NCBI RefSeq assembly: GCF_009914755.1
Contig: NC_060934.1
DNA from: the human T2T-CHM13v2.0 reference genome, Homo sapiens
Strand: one strand, 5' to 3'
Length of the DNA stretch: 64,000 nucleotides
A program made the position numbers and the translations under genes. This document shows positions 27,753-43,655 of the stretch, piece after piece. How positions within the stretch are numbered: position 1 is the first letter of the stretch; each line of letters begins with the position of its first letter. Below the pieces are notes generated by a model, which worked only from the letters and a program-made list of their open reading frames with translations, made no database searches and was not told the origin of the DNA.

Positions 27753-30700
27753 AAGTGCCTTCAATGGGCCAAGTGCCAGTGTGGCTTCACGCCTTAACTT
27801 GGCCCAAGTTGCTTTGTCCACAGTAAAGTCTTCATAATGCACTCTCACGTGGATTGGGGCACTTTGCAGGACCATGGTGTTTGATCACACACCGTCGTCC
27901 CCTGGATCTGCGTGGGTCCTTCTGGTGGGTAGTCATACATTGGCTGTCAGAAAATTTGAGCTTGGCTATTTCTGTCTGTAATCTAGAGTTTAACAGGCAC
28001 TAATTTTCATAACCAGGGAGGATAATAGAGAAGTTGATGGATGATAGTTGAGGTGTAGTTGTTTTGACAGGGAGGAAAATATACTGGCCTGAGTAGTGAG
28101 ATTCTTTTCCTCCACTGGAGTTAGTGTTGCAGATGCCATTTGCTTTGTTTCCTTCTTGAAGGACATTCCAATACTCTATGCCTTCTGGACACACACTTGA
28201 GGGGCAGAAATAGAGTCTGTACCGGCAGTGGGAATAGAATCACCTCTTCCACATTTGTAAACTTGGCTCCTTAGCATCTTGTCCCTTTGTTCTACTAAGA
28301 GAAAATGATGAAGAAGGAGTATTAGAACGAAGCTGGTAAAAAGAAGGGAAATATAAACACACCAAGAACCATAGGTACTGAAATCTAATTGGCCTAGTTA
28401 TTTCCAGTTATTTTAGAAATGACTGGGGAATAGACTACTACTGCTTAAAAATTGCTTTAGGATTGAAGCTAGTATATTAAGCTCTTGTTTGCAGTGGCTG
28501 CCTCTACAATCACTTGTGTTCCTAAATTTGTTCAGGGCCAGGGCTATCCAGAAACCCAGTGTGCACTGACTGACCTAACAAAGGAAGCTGCCCTGGTGCC
28601 TGTCACCAGGAAAAACACTGTGTTGGTGTCAGTGCACCCCTCCAGAGATGGTGCTTGTGTCCCTTCCACTGAGAGCAGCAAAAGCATGGGGCCCAGCCCT
28701 TCTCCTGGCATGAACCATCCTCTCTCCGGAAAGGAGCCTAGCCCAGAGCTGTCCTGGGAGCATACCATGTTTTATTACCTCTCCAGCTTCTGGTTGCCTG
28801 CCAGGAGCCGAACCAGAGGTGCCAAAATGCTGTAAGAAATCAGATCTCCAAGAGTGCCTGCTCTCACGGCATTTGCAGCTGTTGGCTCATAGCAAAGCTC
28901 TTTTTGAATTTTGTAAGAAAACATGTTCTCAAGAGGTTTCCATTCCAAGTTGGCAGGCTCAAGAAGTCAGAAGAGCTGGAGTCAAAACTTTTCAAGGAAC
29001 GTCTGAGCTTGGATCCTATTCTGCACTTAGTCCGGTCTCCAACTTCTGGGGCCTCAGATTTGGAATCGCTGTTGCTGGCTGATAATGGACTATATTTATG
29101 GTGCCCGAGGGGAGGGTGGAGGCATGTTGCTCCCAGAATACCTTCAATGGTTTCAAAGGCTGTGATGCATGGGCAGGAGATGATTTATGGAAGCATGTTC
29201 AGGGAACAGTTTATGAGTATCATTTGAACACAAATATTTGTCTTTCTTCTGGAAAAGTAGCATCTTTTCATTCAGAAATTAGTAGCGAAAATTCTGTTTA
29301 GCATATCCAATTTAAGTCGTCTTTGCTCCCTCAAGAAGGTTTCCCCAAATTATTGCAGTAATCTTTTTTTCTTCTCTCCTGACCTGTCCAATTCCAAATT
29401 TCTGATCTGACGGCTAAACACTCCCACAAAGCTGTGTTCATCCTTAGTGAAGACCTGATCTTTTGTCCTAGTAATTTTCATGGGCAATTTGTCATCTTTC
29501 TGTCACTTTCCCAGTTTCCTTGCACCTTGCTGATGGTGGGTTGATAGTGACACTATACAGAGACAGGCTGCGAATGGCAGAGAAGGCAGCTTGGGTGGAA
29601 GAAAAATGCAATTTCTCCTTGTTCAACCAACCATTGAAATGGCCGTTTGGCCAGAATGGTGGTGGATATCCACATATGTTGTTTTTATTATTGTGCTAAT
29701 GTGAGAACTGTAAATTTTTAGTGATTGGATTTAGGAAGTTGCAAACTTGCCGTATTTAATATTTTGGTTGAGAGAGCATCTTCATCCATAAAGGCAAATA
29801 TTTTTTATGGATGGAGGCTTGTAATGATGAGGTATTTCTGGAAAGCAATGTAGTATACTAGATTATAAACTTCCCAAACATTAAAATAAAGCACTTTGGG
29901 AGGGACATTAACTCTTTTAGGCCACTTATACAATTCCCAAAGCACCCATCATAAATCCAGGAAATTGCATTGTCATTGTTATACTCAGGAATAATTTCGC
30001 TCCAATACATTTCCACATCATACATAATTCTATTTTAGGGAGTAAAGATGTTTAGCTTATGTCAGGAGAGTCTACTGATTGGTTCTGTCTCGCACCAGTA
30101 TTATTTTAAATCAAGGACTGCTGCAGCAAAATCAGATAATTTCTCAGAAGACTTACACGGAAACATATTCTACAGTTGTTTATGTTTGAGATGAGAGCTT
30201 TCAATTCAAATCATTGTTCCAAAATAGATGAATGTCAAGTGTGATATTGGTTAATGTACATCAGGAACTTGGGGAAACTGAACTGAAGTTGAAAATCAAG
30301 CTGCCAAAAGAGTTGCTTCCCACTGTGGCTTAATCCCAGGTAGTAACAGGAAGCTGGAATTAATGGGTGGATAGAAATATCCCAAGATGGAGAAGAATTC
30401 CAGACATGTGCATTCCTCAGGCCTGCAGGACACAGCAGAAGCAGCCCTGTCCAGGCACCAGGTCCTGACAGGCACTGGGGTGACGGGCTTACCTGAAATG
30501 TGGTAAGGGGCATCTGGACAATGGGGGTTTGGGTTGAGACAATGCCCCAGATAGGCAGATGGAGAGGAGTGTGCATAATCACATGATCCTCTTCAGGCCT
30601 CCGACTTCTCAAAGAATTGGAATTCTGAAACATGTCTTCTGCATTTATAGATCAAAAACCCATGAGTTCAACCTGGAAAGTTGCCACAGAAAACTAGTTA

Positions 30701-31978
30701 TCAGTCAAGAAGCAAGCATATATTGTGTAAGTAGATGACATGCTCTTTTTCCATAGCCAAAGGCAAAGTCTTCAGGAGATCTGCACAGTGTTCCTGAGAC
30801 ACGGCTCGCCTCTCTGTGGCTGTGTGAGGTACTTGGCACCATACTGATCCTCGCTGATGTACTGGAATGGCTTAATTTGCTTCCAAGAAATAAGAAGGAA
30901 TATATGTTTATTAGAAGTGTTTTGGCTATGTAGGGAAGTAGATTTCATGTCCCAGGGAAAAAATGACTTGAAGATTTTGTAAAAACCGGGTGAAAATCTG
31001 TGGTCCAAATGAGCATCTCCTTTTCCACTTAGCTTAAGGAGAAGCAAATCTCATTAGGTGCCTGTGCGAGGAGTGTGGGGAATGGGACACACCTTTCACT
31101 GCGCACCCAACACGGGAGCAATGAGGTGTGACTGAGACACAGCAGGTAACAGCCAGTGGAGGAATGAGATGGAAGCAAGTTTGAGGGAACCCATGGTTTG
31201 AATCAGAGCTGCAGGTCATGAGGAAACACGCTGTCTCAAGAATTGCCACCATTTTTATGAGAGGTAGACACTGACAGCTTCACAAAGGCCACTGAGAGGG
31301 AATAAACATCAGGAAATCTGAACAAGGAACATGGAGGCTCCAATCAAATTGTCAAGTCCTGTAGCTTTAGACAGCATGAGGCAGAAAGGTGGCCAAGAGG
31401 CCGGGTCAAGAGGCAGCCACTGGCTCCCTCCTGTTCCTCCTTCCAGAGCACACTCAGCTCCCAGGTGCTGGAGGAAAAGCCACCACAACAGAGCCCCTCG
31501 CTGGTACACTATGCCACAAATCCAACACCTTTTGTCCAACTCTTATATGAGTTGATTTTTATGAATAGAAAGTGATTATTCAGTTATTTCTTTCAGAGAA
31601 AGGGAATTTCATTGGATGTTCACAGTTAATTAAAAAAATACATTAGTAAAAGAAAACTATGGGATGTTGGACTAGTGAGAGGGAGAATTTCTCCACATTT
31701 TTGAGAAGAACATAATATAACAATTAAGTATCCATGCAATATTTTTCAATATCATAATTACTGGAAAGAATATGCATGTGTACATAAATTTTATTTTGAA
31801 TAATTCATGGATTCTTGGTATCTCTCTGAAGTCCCTTTCTAATCTTCAGCTCAGAATGAAGAATAGGTTGACCACCACTGTTGGTTATAAATTCAAGGTG
31901 TTAAAAACAAAGAATATCATTCAATATGACATTACTGGTACTTGCCCCTTGCTGAGATGGGGGGTGTAAAGTCAATGA

Positions 31979-32377
<399 letters not shown>

Positions 32378-32980
32378 CCATTGGCAACTATTTTAGGATT
32401 AAATGTTGCTTTGGCAAAACACCTTCTCAGTAGATGGAAGGGAGAATGTTTGGGGAGGGAGAGATGGAAGGTGTCTGACCGGAGCCTGCATGCCAGTGTT
32501 CCAGGGATATTAATTCTTCCTAGGAATTTGCTTTATTTTTGAATCCATTTTAGATATTTGAATCTTCATCTCAACATTGTGGTGTTCCCTCTTCACTTGG
32601 CTACCTTCCTGTAATTTTTGAGATTTTGGGATTCAATGTCCCTCCCTGTCCCCACCCGCATGCCTGGGGATCCTATAACTCTACCTTCTGGTCTTCACAA
32701 AGCTTGGTTCTTTGTTTGAGGTTTTACAGTGTCAAAGGCTTGGATGCTACAACATTATCCTTTGCTTCTTGGAGATGAATCATCCTGACATGATGCACTA
32801 GGCTTTGACAAACCATGCTGCCTTTCCTACATCTCTTTATGTCAAACCCCTAATCATGACAAATGCAAGAACATTCAAAACCTCTTTGATCACTACTATC
32901 CTAAACATTAAACTTCTTCGTGATTATTCTGTTATTGAAAGAATAGAATCATAGGGAATAAGAATGGACTTGGCCCTCAT

Positions 32981-33172
32981 GAGTGGTTTTCAAATTGCCT
33001 TCCGTGGAGCTGGAGGACTCCAAGGAGGAGCTGGAGATTGCTCGTGGTGCACTGGGGAAGGATGTGTAGGCACAACTTGGGGGTTCTACCTGCACCCCAG
33101 TCATGGCAGCTCCATGGCCCTCCATTCTGTGTAAAAGAATTTCATCAAATATTGTATTTGGACAAAAAGAGG
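32981..33172. mobile_element. hAT-Charlie MER fragment (MER103-like)
   Basis: Starts GTGGTTTTCAAA...TTCCGTGGAGC; ATTTGGACAAAAAGAGG toward the end. Confidence 0.5.
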
Positions 33173-33174
33173 TT

Positions 33175-33345
33175 GATGGCTGACGGCATGGGTTTTCTTT
33201 TTGAGATAACGTTTAGAAAGTGTCCTAAAATTGATTGTGTTGATAGTTGCATATGCCTGTGAATATACTAAAAACCGTTGAATTGTATGTTTTAAATGGA
33301 TGAATTATGTAGCATGCAAATTGTACCTCAGTGAAATTGTTAAAG
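33175..33345 (+). mobile_element. L1MB 3' end fragment
   Basis: TGTCCTAAAATTGATTGTG...GTGAATATACTAAAAACCGTTGAATTGTA. Confidence 0.8.
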
Positions 33346-33454
33346 GATTGAAAATCCATTTACTTAGACCCATCTCTTCATTTTAAAGATTAAAACAATA
33401 TAGTACAGATAAAATTCAGTTGTTTTCTCAAGGTACAGTTTCTCCAAATACATC

Positions 33455-33775
33455 TTTCTTCTTCCCCACGATTAACCTTGCCTTCTAGCATTTATACCTT
33501 TGTGTAGTCCCCTCATCTTGGATCTGAAATGACTTTGTCACTTGCTTTTGACCAGTAGAATACTGTGAAAGAGATGCTATGTGGCTTGCTAGTTGAAGTC
33601 CTAAGAAGCCTTGCAGCTTCCCCCTGAGCTTCTTGGATGCTCTTGGGACATACCTCTGGAAACCCAGCTATCACGCTGTGAGAAATCCAAGTTAACCAAA
33701 GAGGTGAAGTGTGTGTTCTGTTGAGCTGCAAACCAACAGCCAGTATCAACTGCCCACTGTATGAGTGAGCCATTC
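33455..33775 (+). mobile_element. MaLR LTR fragment (MLT1F/G/H-like)
   Basis: GTGTAGTCCCCTC...ACTTGCTTTTGACCAGTAGAAT...GGAAACCCAGCTATCACGCTGTGAGAAATCCAAG...GAGTGAGCCATT. Confidence 0.75.
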
Positions 33776-35748
33776 TGTGGGTTGTGTTTTCACTTTCTTA
33801 GTGGTGTCTTTTGAAATGCAAATATTTTAAATCTGTGATGAATTCCAATTTATCTACTTTTATCTTTTGTTGTATGGTGTCACATCTCAGAAACTATTGC
33901 ATAATCCATGGTCATGAAGATGTACTTCTATACTTTCCTCTAAGAGTTTTATAGTTTTAGCTCTTATATTTAGGTCTTGTATCCATTTTGAGTTATGTTT
34001 TGTGTATAGTATGAAGTATAGGCCCAACTTTATTATTTTGCATGTTGATATCTAGCTGTCTCAGTGTACTGGAGAAGGATGTGTAGGTGTAATTGGGGGT
34101 TCTACCTGCACCCTAGTCCCATGGCCACCAATTCTATGTACAAGAATCAGACAGACTCCTCATGAGTCTATACAGGTTTTTTTTTTTTCTTGTTCGTTAG
34201 CCCTTTTGGTATCTTTCTAGGAATTTGTTCATTTCATCTAGGTTTTCTCATTTGTTGGCATATAATGTTAATAGTATTACCTTATAATCATTTATATTTC
34301 TGTGTGGTTGGTAGTAATGTTGTCTCTTTATTCTTGACTCTATTAATTGGAGCATTCTCTTTTTTTTTTTTTATCTTGGCCAGTCTAGCTAAAGGTTTGT
34401 CAATCTTGTTGATATTTTTCAAAGAATCAGCTTCTGGGATTGTTGATTTTCTCTATTGTTTTTACTCTCTATTTCATTTATTTCTGCTTTAATCTTTATT
34501 ATTTTATTTCCCTGCTTGCATTGGGCTTTGTTTGCTCTTCTTTTTCTATTATCTTAGGTCAGAAGGTTAGGTTATTGATTTGAGAGCTATCTTCCTTTTT
34601 AATATAGACATTTACAGCTATAGATTTTCATTCAAGTGATGCTTTATCTGCACCACAAAAAGTTTTAGCATGTTGTGATTTTATTTTTATTACCTCAAAG
34701 TATTTTTAAATTTCCCTTGTTATTTTTTCTTTGACTCATTGTTTAGGAACGCGTTGCTTAATTTCCATATATTTGTAAATTTCTCACATTTTCTTCTGTT
34801 ATTGCTTATGAACTTCATTCTATTGTATGATTTCAACAATTTTAAATTTATTGATACTTTCTATATGACCTACCACATGATCTATTCTGGAGAATGTTCC
34901 ATGTACATGTGAGAAGAATGTATATTCTGCTGTCGTTGGATGGAATATTCTACAGGTGTCTTTTAGGTCTAGTTGTTTGACAGTGCTGTTCAAGTTTTCT
35001 ATTTATTTTCTGTCTAGTTGTTTTATTTATTTTTGCTGAGAGGGCATTCAAGTCTCCAAATCTATTGTTGAGTTGTCTATTTCTCTCTTCAAGTCTGTCA
35101 GTTTTTGCTTCATATACTTTATCTGTTTTTAGATGCATATATGTTTATAATAATCGATGTATTTATCCTTTTTCATTATAAAATGTAATCATTTGTTTAT
35201 AGTAACAATTTTGGCCTTAAGGTTTATTTTGTCTATTAGCATAGCTACTCCAGCTCTCTTTTGTTTACTATTTTTAGTATATCTTTTTCATCCTTTTATT
35301 TTCAGCTTATTTGTGTCTTTGAATTTAAAGTGTGTCTCTTGAAGACAGCATATGGTTGGCTCATTTAAAAATTTTTGTTATACCAATATCTGCCTTTTAA
35401 TTGGAGATTTTAATCCACTAACTTTTAATAAAATTACTGATAAGATATGATTTATGCCTGCCATTTTGATATTTGTTTCCTACATACTTTATGTCTTTTT
35501 TGTTCCTCTGTTATTTGATTATTGCCTTCTTTTGTGTTAAGTAGATACTTTTTAGTGTACCATTTTCTTTTGTTTTGTTTTTTTTTCTATTTTTTGAGTT
35601 ATTTTCTTAGGGGTGACTCTAGGGATTACAACACACATTTTAATTTATAACAATTCTAGTTCACAGTAATAACAACTAATTTAAACATTATTCAAAAACT
35701 TTTTTCCTATATAGCTCCTTTCCCTTCTCCTTCCTTTGTGCTAGAATG
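33776..35748 (-). mobile_element. L1M(B) ORF2 fragments, antisense, with an internal deletion at about 34064-34190
   Basis: Reverse-strand ORF2 landmarks (WDNWISTC-like at ~34040-34066; LDEMNKFLER at ~34212-34242; endonuclease region further right). Confidence 0.85.
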
Positions 35749-35857
35749 TACAGCTGGACTTCTCTAACATGGTTCCTGCATTCATAGCTTCAACTAACTG
35801 CAGATTTAAAAAACACACACAATAAAAATAACAATATTACAATAAAAATAATACAAT
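35749..35857 (-). mobile_element. MER2-like (TcMar-Tigger) terminal fragment
   Basis: TACAGCTGG...GCTTCAACTAACTGCAGAT...ACAATAAAAATAACAAT resembles a MER2 end. Confidence 0.6.
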
Positions 35858-36765
35858 CACTAATCCTCAGAAAAATGGAAATCAGAATCATAATGAGATG
35901 TCATTCATCCCAGGTAGAAAGGCTACTATCAAAAAGACAAAAATTAGCAAGTGCAGGTGAGGATGCACGGACAAGGAGACTCTGATACACTTTTGGTGGG
36001 AATGTATATTAGTAAGCCATTATGGAAAACAATGTGGTGTTTTCTCAGAAAAACTAAAAAGAGAACTACCATATGATCCAGCCATACCAATACTGGGTAT
36101 TTATCTAATGGAAAGGAAATCAGTATATTGAAGAGATTCCTGCACTCCCGTGTTGACTGCAGCATTACCCACAATAGCCAAGATACGGAATAAACCTAAA
36201 TGTCTATCACTAGATGAAAAAATAAAGAAAATATGGTATATATACACATTGGAATGCTATTCAGCCACAGAAAGATGAAATCCTGTCATTCCCAGCAATG
36301 TGGATGAGCCTGGAGGGCATTATGTTAAGTGAAATAAGTCAGGCGCAGAAAGATCATTGCCACATGTTCTTACTCATATGTGGGAGCTAAAAAAGTTGAA
36401 TGCATCTAAGTAGAGAGTAGAATCATGGTTATGAGAGGCTGGGAAGGCTAGGAAAAAGGGTAAGATCAGAAAAGGTTGGTTAACGGATACAAGATTACAG
36501 GTAGATTAAAAAGAATGAGTTCTAGTGTTCTATAGCGCTGTAGGTTGACAGTTGACTATAGTTAACAGTAATTTATTGTATATGTTTAAGGAGTGAGGAG
36601 AGAGGATTTTGAATGTTTCTAAGATAAAGAAATGATAAATGTTTGAGGCGATAAATACGTTGTTTACCCTGATTAGATCATTAAGCACTGGATATAGATA
36701 TTGAAATATCGCTCTGTAGCCCATAAATATGTAAAATTATTGCATGTCAATTAAAAATAATTAAA
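35858..36765 (+). mobile_element. L1MA (L1MA4-like) 3' end
   Basis: SLIIREMQIK-like start, ORF2 C-terminus, 3' UTR ending CATGTCAATTAAAAATAA. Confidence 0.9.
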
Positions 36766-37047
36766 GACAAAATCAAACGAGTTGCTCTGGCACTTGTCAG
36801 GCCCTTGCTAAGTGTTAGCTAACTTCCTGGGAGGCTAAGTAGGCTGATCTTTTTCCCTCCTCTCTTTCAACCCCTGATTCAAAAATTCTCTTCTGCTTTC
36901 TTCTCTTTTTTTGTCTTTCACTCTCTGTCGACTTTATCATCTTTTGTTTTCTCTCAGAACATTTGTGTGTGTGTGTGGTTACTTGGAATAGATACATCTT
37001 AAGATATTTTTAAAAGAGTAATCTGCTTGCTACTTTAAAAACTATTA

Positions 37048-38738
<1,691 letters not shown>

Positions 38739-39593
38739 GTTTTAATTTTGCTGGAGTCTAATTAATCACATTTTGCTTATATCCATGCCTTTTTCTATTT
38801 AGAAAATATTTATCTATCCCAATGTCACAAATACTTTCTCCTATTTAAAAGATGGAGATGTTATGGTCTTAGTTTTATGCATAGTTCTATAATCAGTTTG
38901 AGTGATTGTTTTATATAGTATGTGATGTAAGAATTGAGGTTCATTTTATCTAATGTGGATAACCATTGAATTGCCTTGTGAGTCTTTGTCAAAATCCACT
39001 GATCACATATGTGTTGGGCAATTCCTAAACTCTGTAATCTTTTGATTCATCTGTGTCTATGCCTATACCAATACCGGTACCACACTGTCTTTTTCACTGT
39101 AGTTTTATATTAAGTCTCAAAAGCAGTAGCGTAGGTTCTGTGAGTTTAATATTTTTCTAATTTATTTAGGCTATTCTGAATCCTTTCATTTAACTTAGAA
39201 TCAGCTTTCTAATTTCTACAAAAGAAAGTCCTGCTGAGATTTTGATTCCAACAACATTGGAACTATAGATCAATTTGGAAAGATGTGGTCTACTCTTGTT
39301 TTTGCATCAGATTAATACTGACCTTGTTGGAATTGTTACTTTTCTCCTATTTTTCAGAAGAGTATGCGTGGAATGGGCATTATTCCTTTCCTTAATACTT
39401 GACAGAACTCACCAGTAAAGACGGCTGGAGCTGGAATTTTCATTGTGGAAAGGTTTTTAAAGTTCGGATTGTTATCTATTTCTTATTGAGTGAGAATTGG
39501 GAGTTTATATCTTTCAAGGAATTTGTCCACTTCACCTTAAGTTGGCAAATTTATTGACATACGTATAATATTCTGATATTATTCTTTTAATAT

Positions 39594-39644
39594 GTTTAGG
39601 ATCTGCAGCGATGTTATTTACGTTTAGGATCTGCAGCGATGTTA
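39594..39644 (+). repeat. 23-bp direct repeat, period 28
   Basis: GTTTAGGATCTGCAGCGATGTTA at 39594 and 39622. Confidence 0.95.
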
Positions 39645-42369
39645 CCTTTCATTCCTGATAGTGATAATTTGTTTCTTCTGTCTTTTTTATTTTTATATTT
39701 TACATCAATCTGGCTACAGGTTTATCAATTTTATTGATCTTCTCAAATAACCAGATTTGGGTTTCATGGATTTTCTTTTTTCTTTTTTTCTATCTCATTG
39801 ATTTTTTTTTTCCTGGTTCTTATTGCTTCTTTTCTTCTACTTATTTTGGTTTAAATTTGCTCTCCTTTTTATAGTTTCTTCAGTTGGAAGCTGAGGCCAT
39901 TACTTTTAGGCATTTCTTCATTTCCAACATTGGCATTTAGTGCTATAAATTTCTCCCTAAGTACTGCTTTAGCAGCAACAAACAAATTTTAATATATTGA
40001 GTTTTAATTTTCATTAAAGTCAAAAGAATTTTAATGTCTCTTTTGATATTTTGTTTCATCTATGGGATATTTACAAATGTGTTATTTAGTTTCCAAAAAT
40101 TTTGTGATTTTACAAATATATTTCTGTTATTGATTTCTAATTTAATTCCATGTAGTCTGAGAAATTACTTTATCACTAATCCTATTAAATATGTTGAGTC
40201 TTGTTTTATGTCCCAGAGTATGGACTATCTTGTTAAATGTTCTTCGTGCACCTGAAAAGAATGCATAATTTACTATTCTTTGGTGGAATTTTCTATAGCA
40301 GTCAATTAGGTCAAATAGGTTGATTTTGTGGCACAAGTCTACTAACTTCTATTTGTTCCATCTGTTATTTTAAAAAGAGTATTGAAATTCCTCATGATAA
40401 GTGTGAATTGGTCTGTATCTCCTTGGAGTTCTACTAGTGTTTGTTTCATAGGTTTTGAAGCTCTGTTATTAGATACATAAATGTTGAGAATTGTTATATC
40501 CTCCTGATGAACTGGTCATTTCATCATTTTTGACCATCTTTATTCATGGTAGTACTGTTTGCTCTGAAACTTGGTCTGATATTAATATGGTCATTCCTCC
40601 TTTTGCTAAATTTGCTTTAGCATTATATATATATACATATATCCACCTTTTTACTTGAACCAAATTATGTCATTATATTTAAAGTGGATTTCTTGAAAGT
40701 GGCATATGATTGGCTTTTTTCCCCCATCATCTGATAACTTCTGCCTTTTAATTGGGGCATTTAGGACACTGAAATAATGTTCTTACTGACATAGTTATGT
40801 GTAAATATTTCATTTACTATTTGTTTTCTTTTTGTTCTATCTGTTCCTTTCTCCTTTTTTTCTTTTGGATTTATTAAAAATATTTCTTACGATTCTATTT
40901 CATCCTTTTGTTGATGTATTAGTTGTAACTTTATGCTTTGTTATTTTAATGGTTGCTTTAATGTCTGCACTGAACTTCTTTAACTTGTCACAATCTACTT
41001 TCAAGTGATGTATCACTTCACCTATAGCACAAAAATCTTACAATAGTATACTTACATTTTTTCTTCCCTAGTGTTTGTGCTATTGTTCCACAAATTAGTG
41101 TTACTTGTTTTATAAAGTCTACATTACATTGTCCTTATTTTTGTTGATGCAATCAATCATAAATAACTTAATGTAATAACAAAAAACTTCCATATTTGGT
41201 CATGCAGTTACCATTTCTGATATTCTTCATTTTTTTTTTGTAGATTGTTACTTCCTTCTAGTATCATGTTCCTTCTGCCTGAAAGACAGTATATTTATTC
41301 TAGTGCAAGTCTGTTGGTGATTTTTTTATTTCAGTTTTTGTTCATCTGAAAAAAAGTTACTTAAAATAAAATGCTTAGTATGTAATTTTAGGTTGACTGT
41401 TTTTACAAAAAGTACTTTAAAGATGTTGCTGCCCTATATTCTGACTTGTATTTTTTCCAGTGAGATATCTGTTGCCATCCTTATCTTTATCTGTGTGCAA
41501 TATGCCTTTTTTCTCTATTTTCTTTAGAACTAACTTTGACCAATTTGGTTATAATGTGCCTCAATGTAGGCAGTTTTTCTTTACATTTCTTGGGCTTGGA
41601 GTTCATTGAGCTTTTTGAATCTGTATCTTTATAGTTTCCAATAAATTTGATTTTTTTTTCAAATATTTATCTTCTCATCTCTCTCCTTTCCTTTGGGCAC
41701 TCCAATTATACAGGTTATATCACTTGAAGTTGTCCCAGAGATCACCAATGTTCTGTTTATTTTTGACCTGCCTTTTTTACTCACTCTATTTAATTTTGAA
41801 TGAATTCCATTGCTATGTCTAGTTCACCAATCTTTTCTTCTACATTGTTTAATTTGCTTTTAATCCCATCCAGGTTATCTCACATACTCTCACACATTGT
41901 AATTTGCATCTTAACTTGTGTCTTTTACGTATTTAATAAACTTTTTCAACATATGGAATACAGTTGTAATAAGTGCTTAATGTCTTGGTTTGCTAATTCT
42001 AACATGTGTGTCAGCTCTGGGTCAGTTTAGATTGATTGTTTTTCCTCCCGATTGTGGGTTGTATATTTCTGCTTTTTTACATGCCTGGTAATTTTTAAGT
42101 GTGTGCCAGACATTGTGAATTTTACCTAAATAGGGGCTGAATGTTTTCACATTTTTACACATATTGTTGAGTTTTGTTCTGAGATGCAGTAAAGTTACTT
42201 AAAAACATTTTAATATCCTGGTATTAAGCTTTTTAGGTGACACCAGAGAAATATTTAGTGTTGATGCAGTTACTCTCCACTATTAAGGCAAGACCTTCTG
42301 AGCACTCAACCCAGTGATTGTGAATTATAAGGTTTTCTAGTCTGACTAGAAGAGTTAGGTACGAATTAA

Positions 42370-42524
42370 TTTTAGAGATAGGGTCTTGCTCTGTCCCCGA
42401 AGCTGGAATGCAATGGCATGATCATAGCTCACTGGATCCTGAAACTCCTTGGCTCAAGCTATCTTCCTGCCTCAGCTGCCTTAGTAAGGTAGCTGGGATT
42501 ACAGGTGCACCACTGCACCTGGCT
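42370..42524 (-). mobile_element. FRAM/AluJ monomer
   Basis: Single arm with ATGATCATAGCTCACTG. Confidence 0.85.
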
Positions 42525-43345
42525 CTGTCTTCACTTCCCCTGGATTCTCGGCTTCATATTCTTAACTCAGGTTAACTGCAAGGTTTCCACCTGAGTTCCT
42601 CTTCTTGGAAATTTCATCAAGGTGGAAAGATGGAGCAATTGTATGGTTCAAAGAATTTATTTCCTATCCCTTGAGTCCCCATCCTTCATTTTCTGATGTC
42701 CAGTGTCTTGAAAACAAATTTTTTCAAATATTTCAGTTTTTGATTGTTTCCAGATGAGGATAAATCTGGTCCTATTATTTTGTTTTGGTTGAAAGTGGAA
42801 ATCATGATATATTTTAAAAAGTTTCATTTATAAATGTTTTGTTGGGGAGTATTTAGGTATAATTTTGATTGTTAATGTGTTTATTTAGAATCTAGCTAAT
42901 TTATTAACTCTTAATCATAATGTATTTTCTAATTCATTTTATTTCATTTTCTAAGTAATTATCATCTGTATAATGATTATTTTCCACCACACTTTTCTAA
43001 TAGTTACATAACTAATTTTCTTTTTTATCTTATTTGCATGTCCTGAACTTCCAGAACAATAATTAATAAGGTTGATAATGAATATCAGAACTTTTTTCCT
43101 AGTGTTAATGAGAACAACTCTAGCATTTCAGTGTAATTAGAATGTTTAATGTTAGTTTGAGATTACTATTTTCTATCATGTTAAGCAAGAATGCTTTTGT
43201 AATGTGTTCTTAATTAGAGTTTTTATAGAAACAATTTTAGGATATATTGGGCGAATTATTTATGATGCATCCTATGCATGCTTTCCCTTACTTTCTTGAA
43301 TAAAACTTCTTAAGTTGTAGTATTCTAATATTTTAAAATACTATT

Positions 43346-43655
43346 GGCTGGGCACAGTGGCTCACGCCTGTAATCCCAACACTTTGGGAGGCTGAGGCAG
43401 GCAGACCACTTGAGGACAGAAGTTTGAGACCAGCCTGGCCAACATAGCGAAACCACACCTTTACTAAAAATACAAAAATTAGCCGGGCAGTGGTGGCAGG
43501 TGCCTGTAACCCCAGCTACTCAAGAGGCTGAAGCAGGAGAATCGCTTGAACCCAGGAGGCAGAGTTTGCAGTGAGCCAAGATAGTGCCACTGTACTCCAG
43601 CCTGGGCAACACAGAGACTCTGTCTCAAAACAAACCAACCAACAAACAGAAAAAA
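43346..43655 (+). mobile_element. AluS
   Basis: Full dimer, (CAAA/CCAA) tail. Confidence 0.96.

Larger units (their letters stand above)
38739..42800 (-). mobile_element. Old L1M (L1MC/MD-like) antisense, ORF2 through ORF1 and 5' region
   Basis: T-rich antisense ORF2 motifs (GTAAAGACGGCTGGAGCTGG; TTTATCAATTTTATTGATC) and antisense ORF1-like GGGCACTCCAATTATAC at ~41695. Confidence 0.8.
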
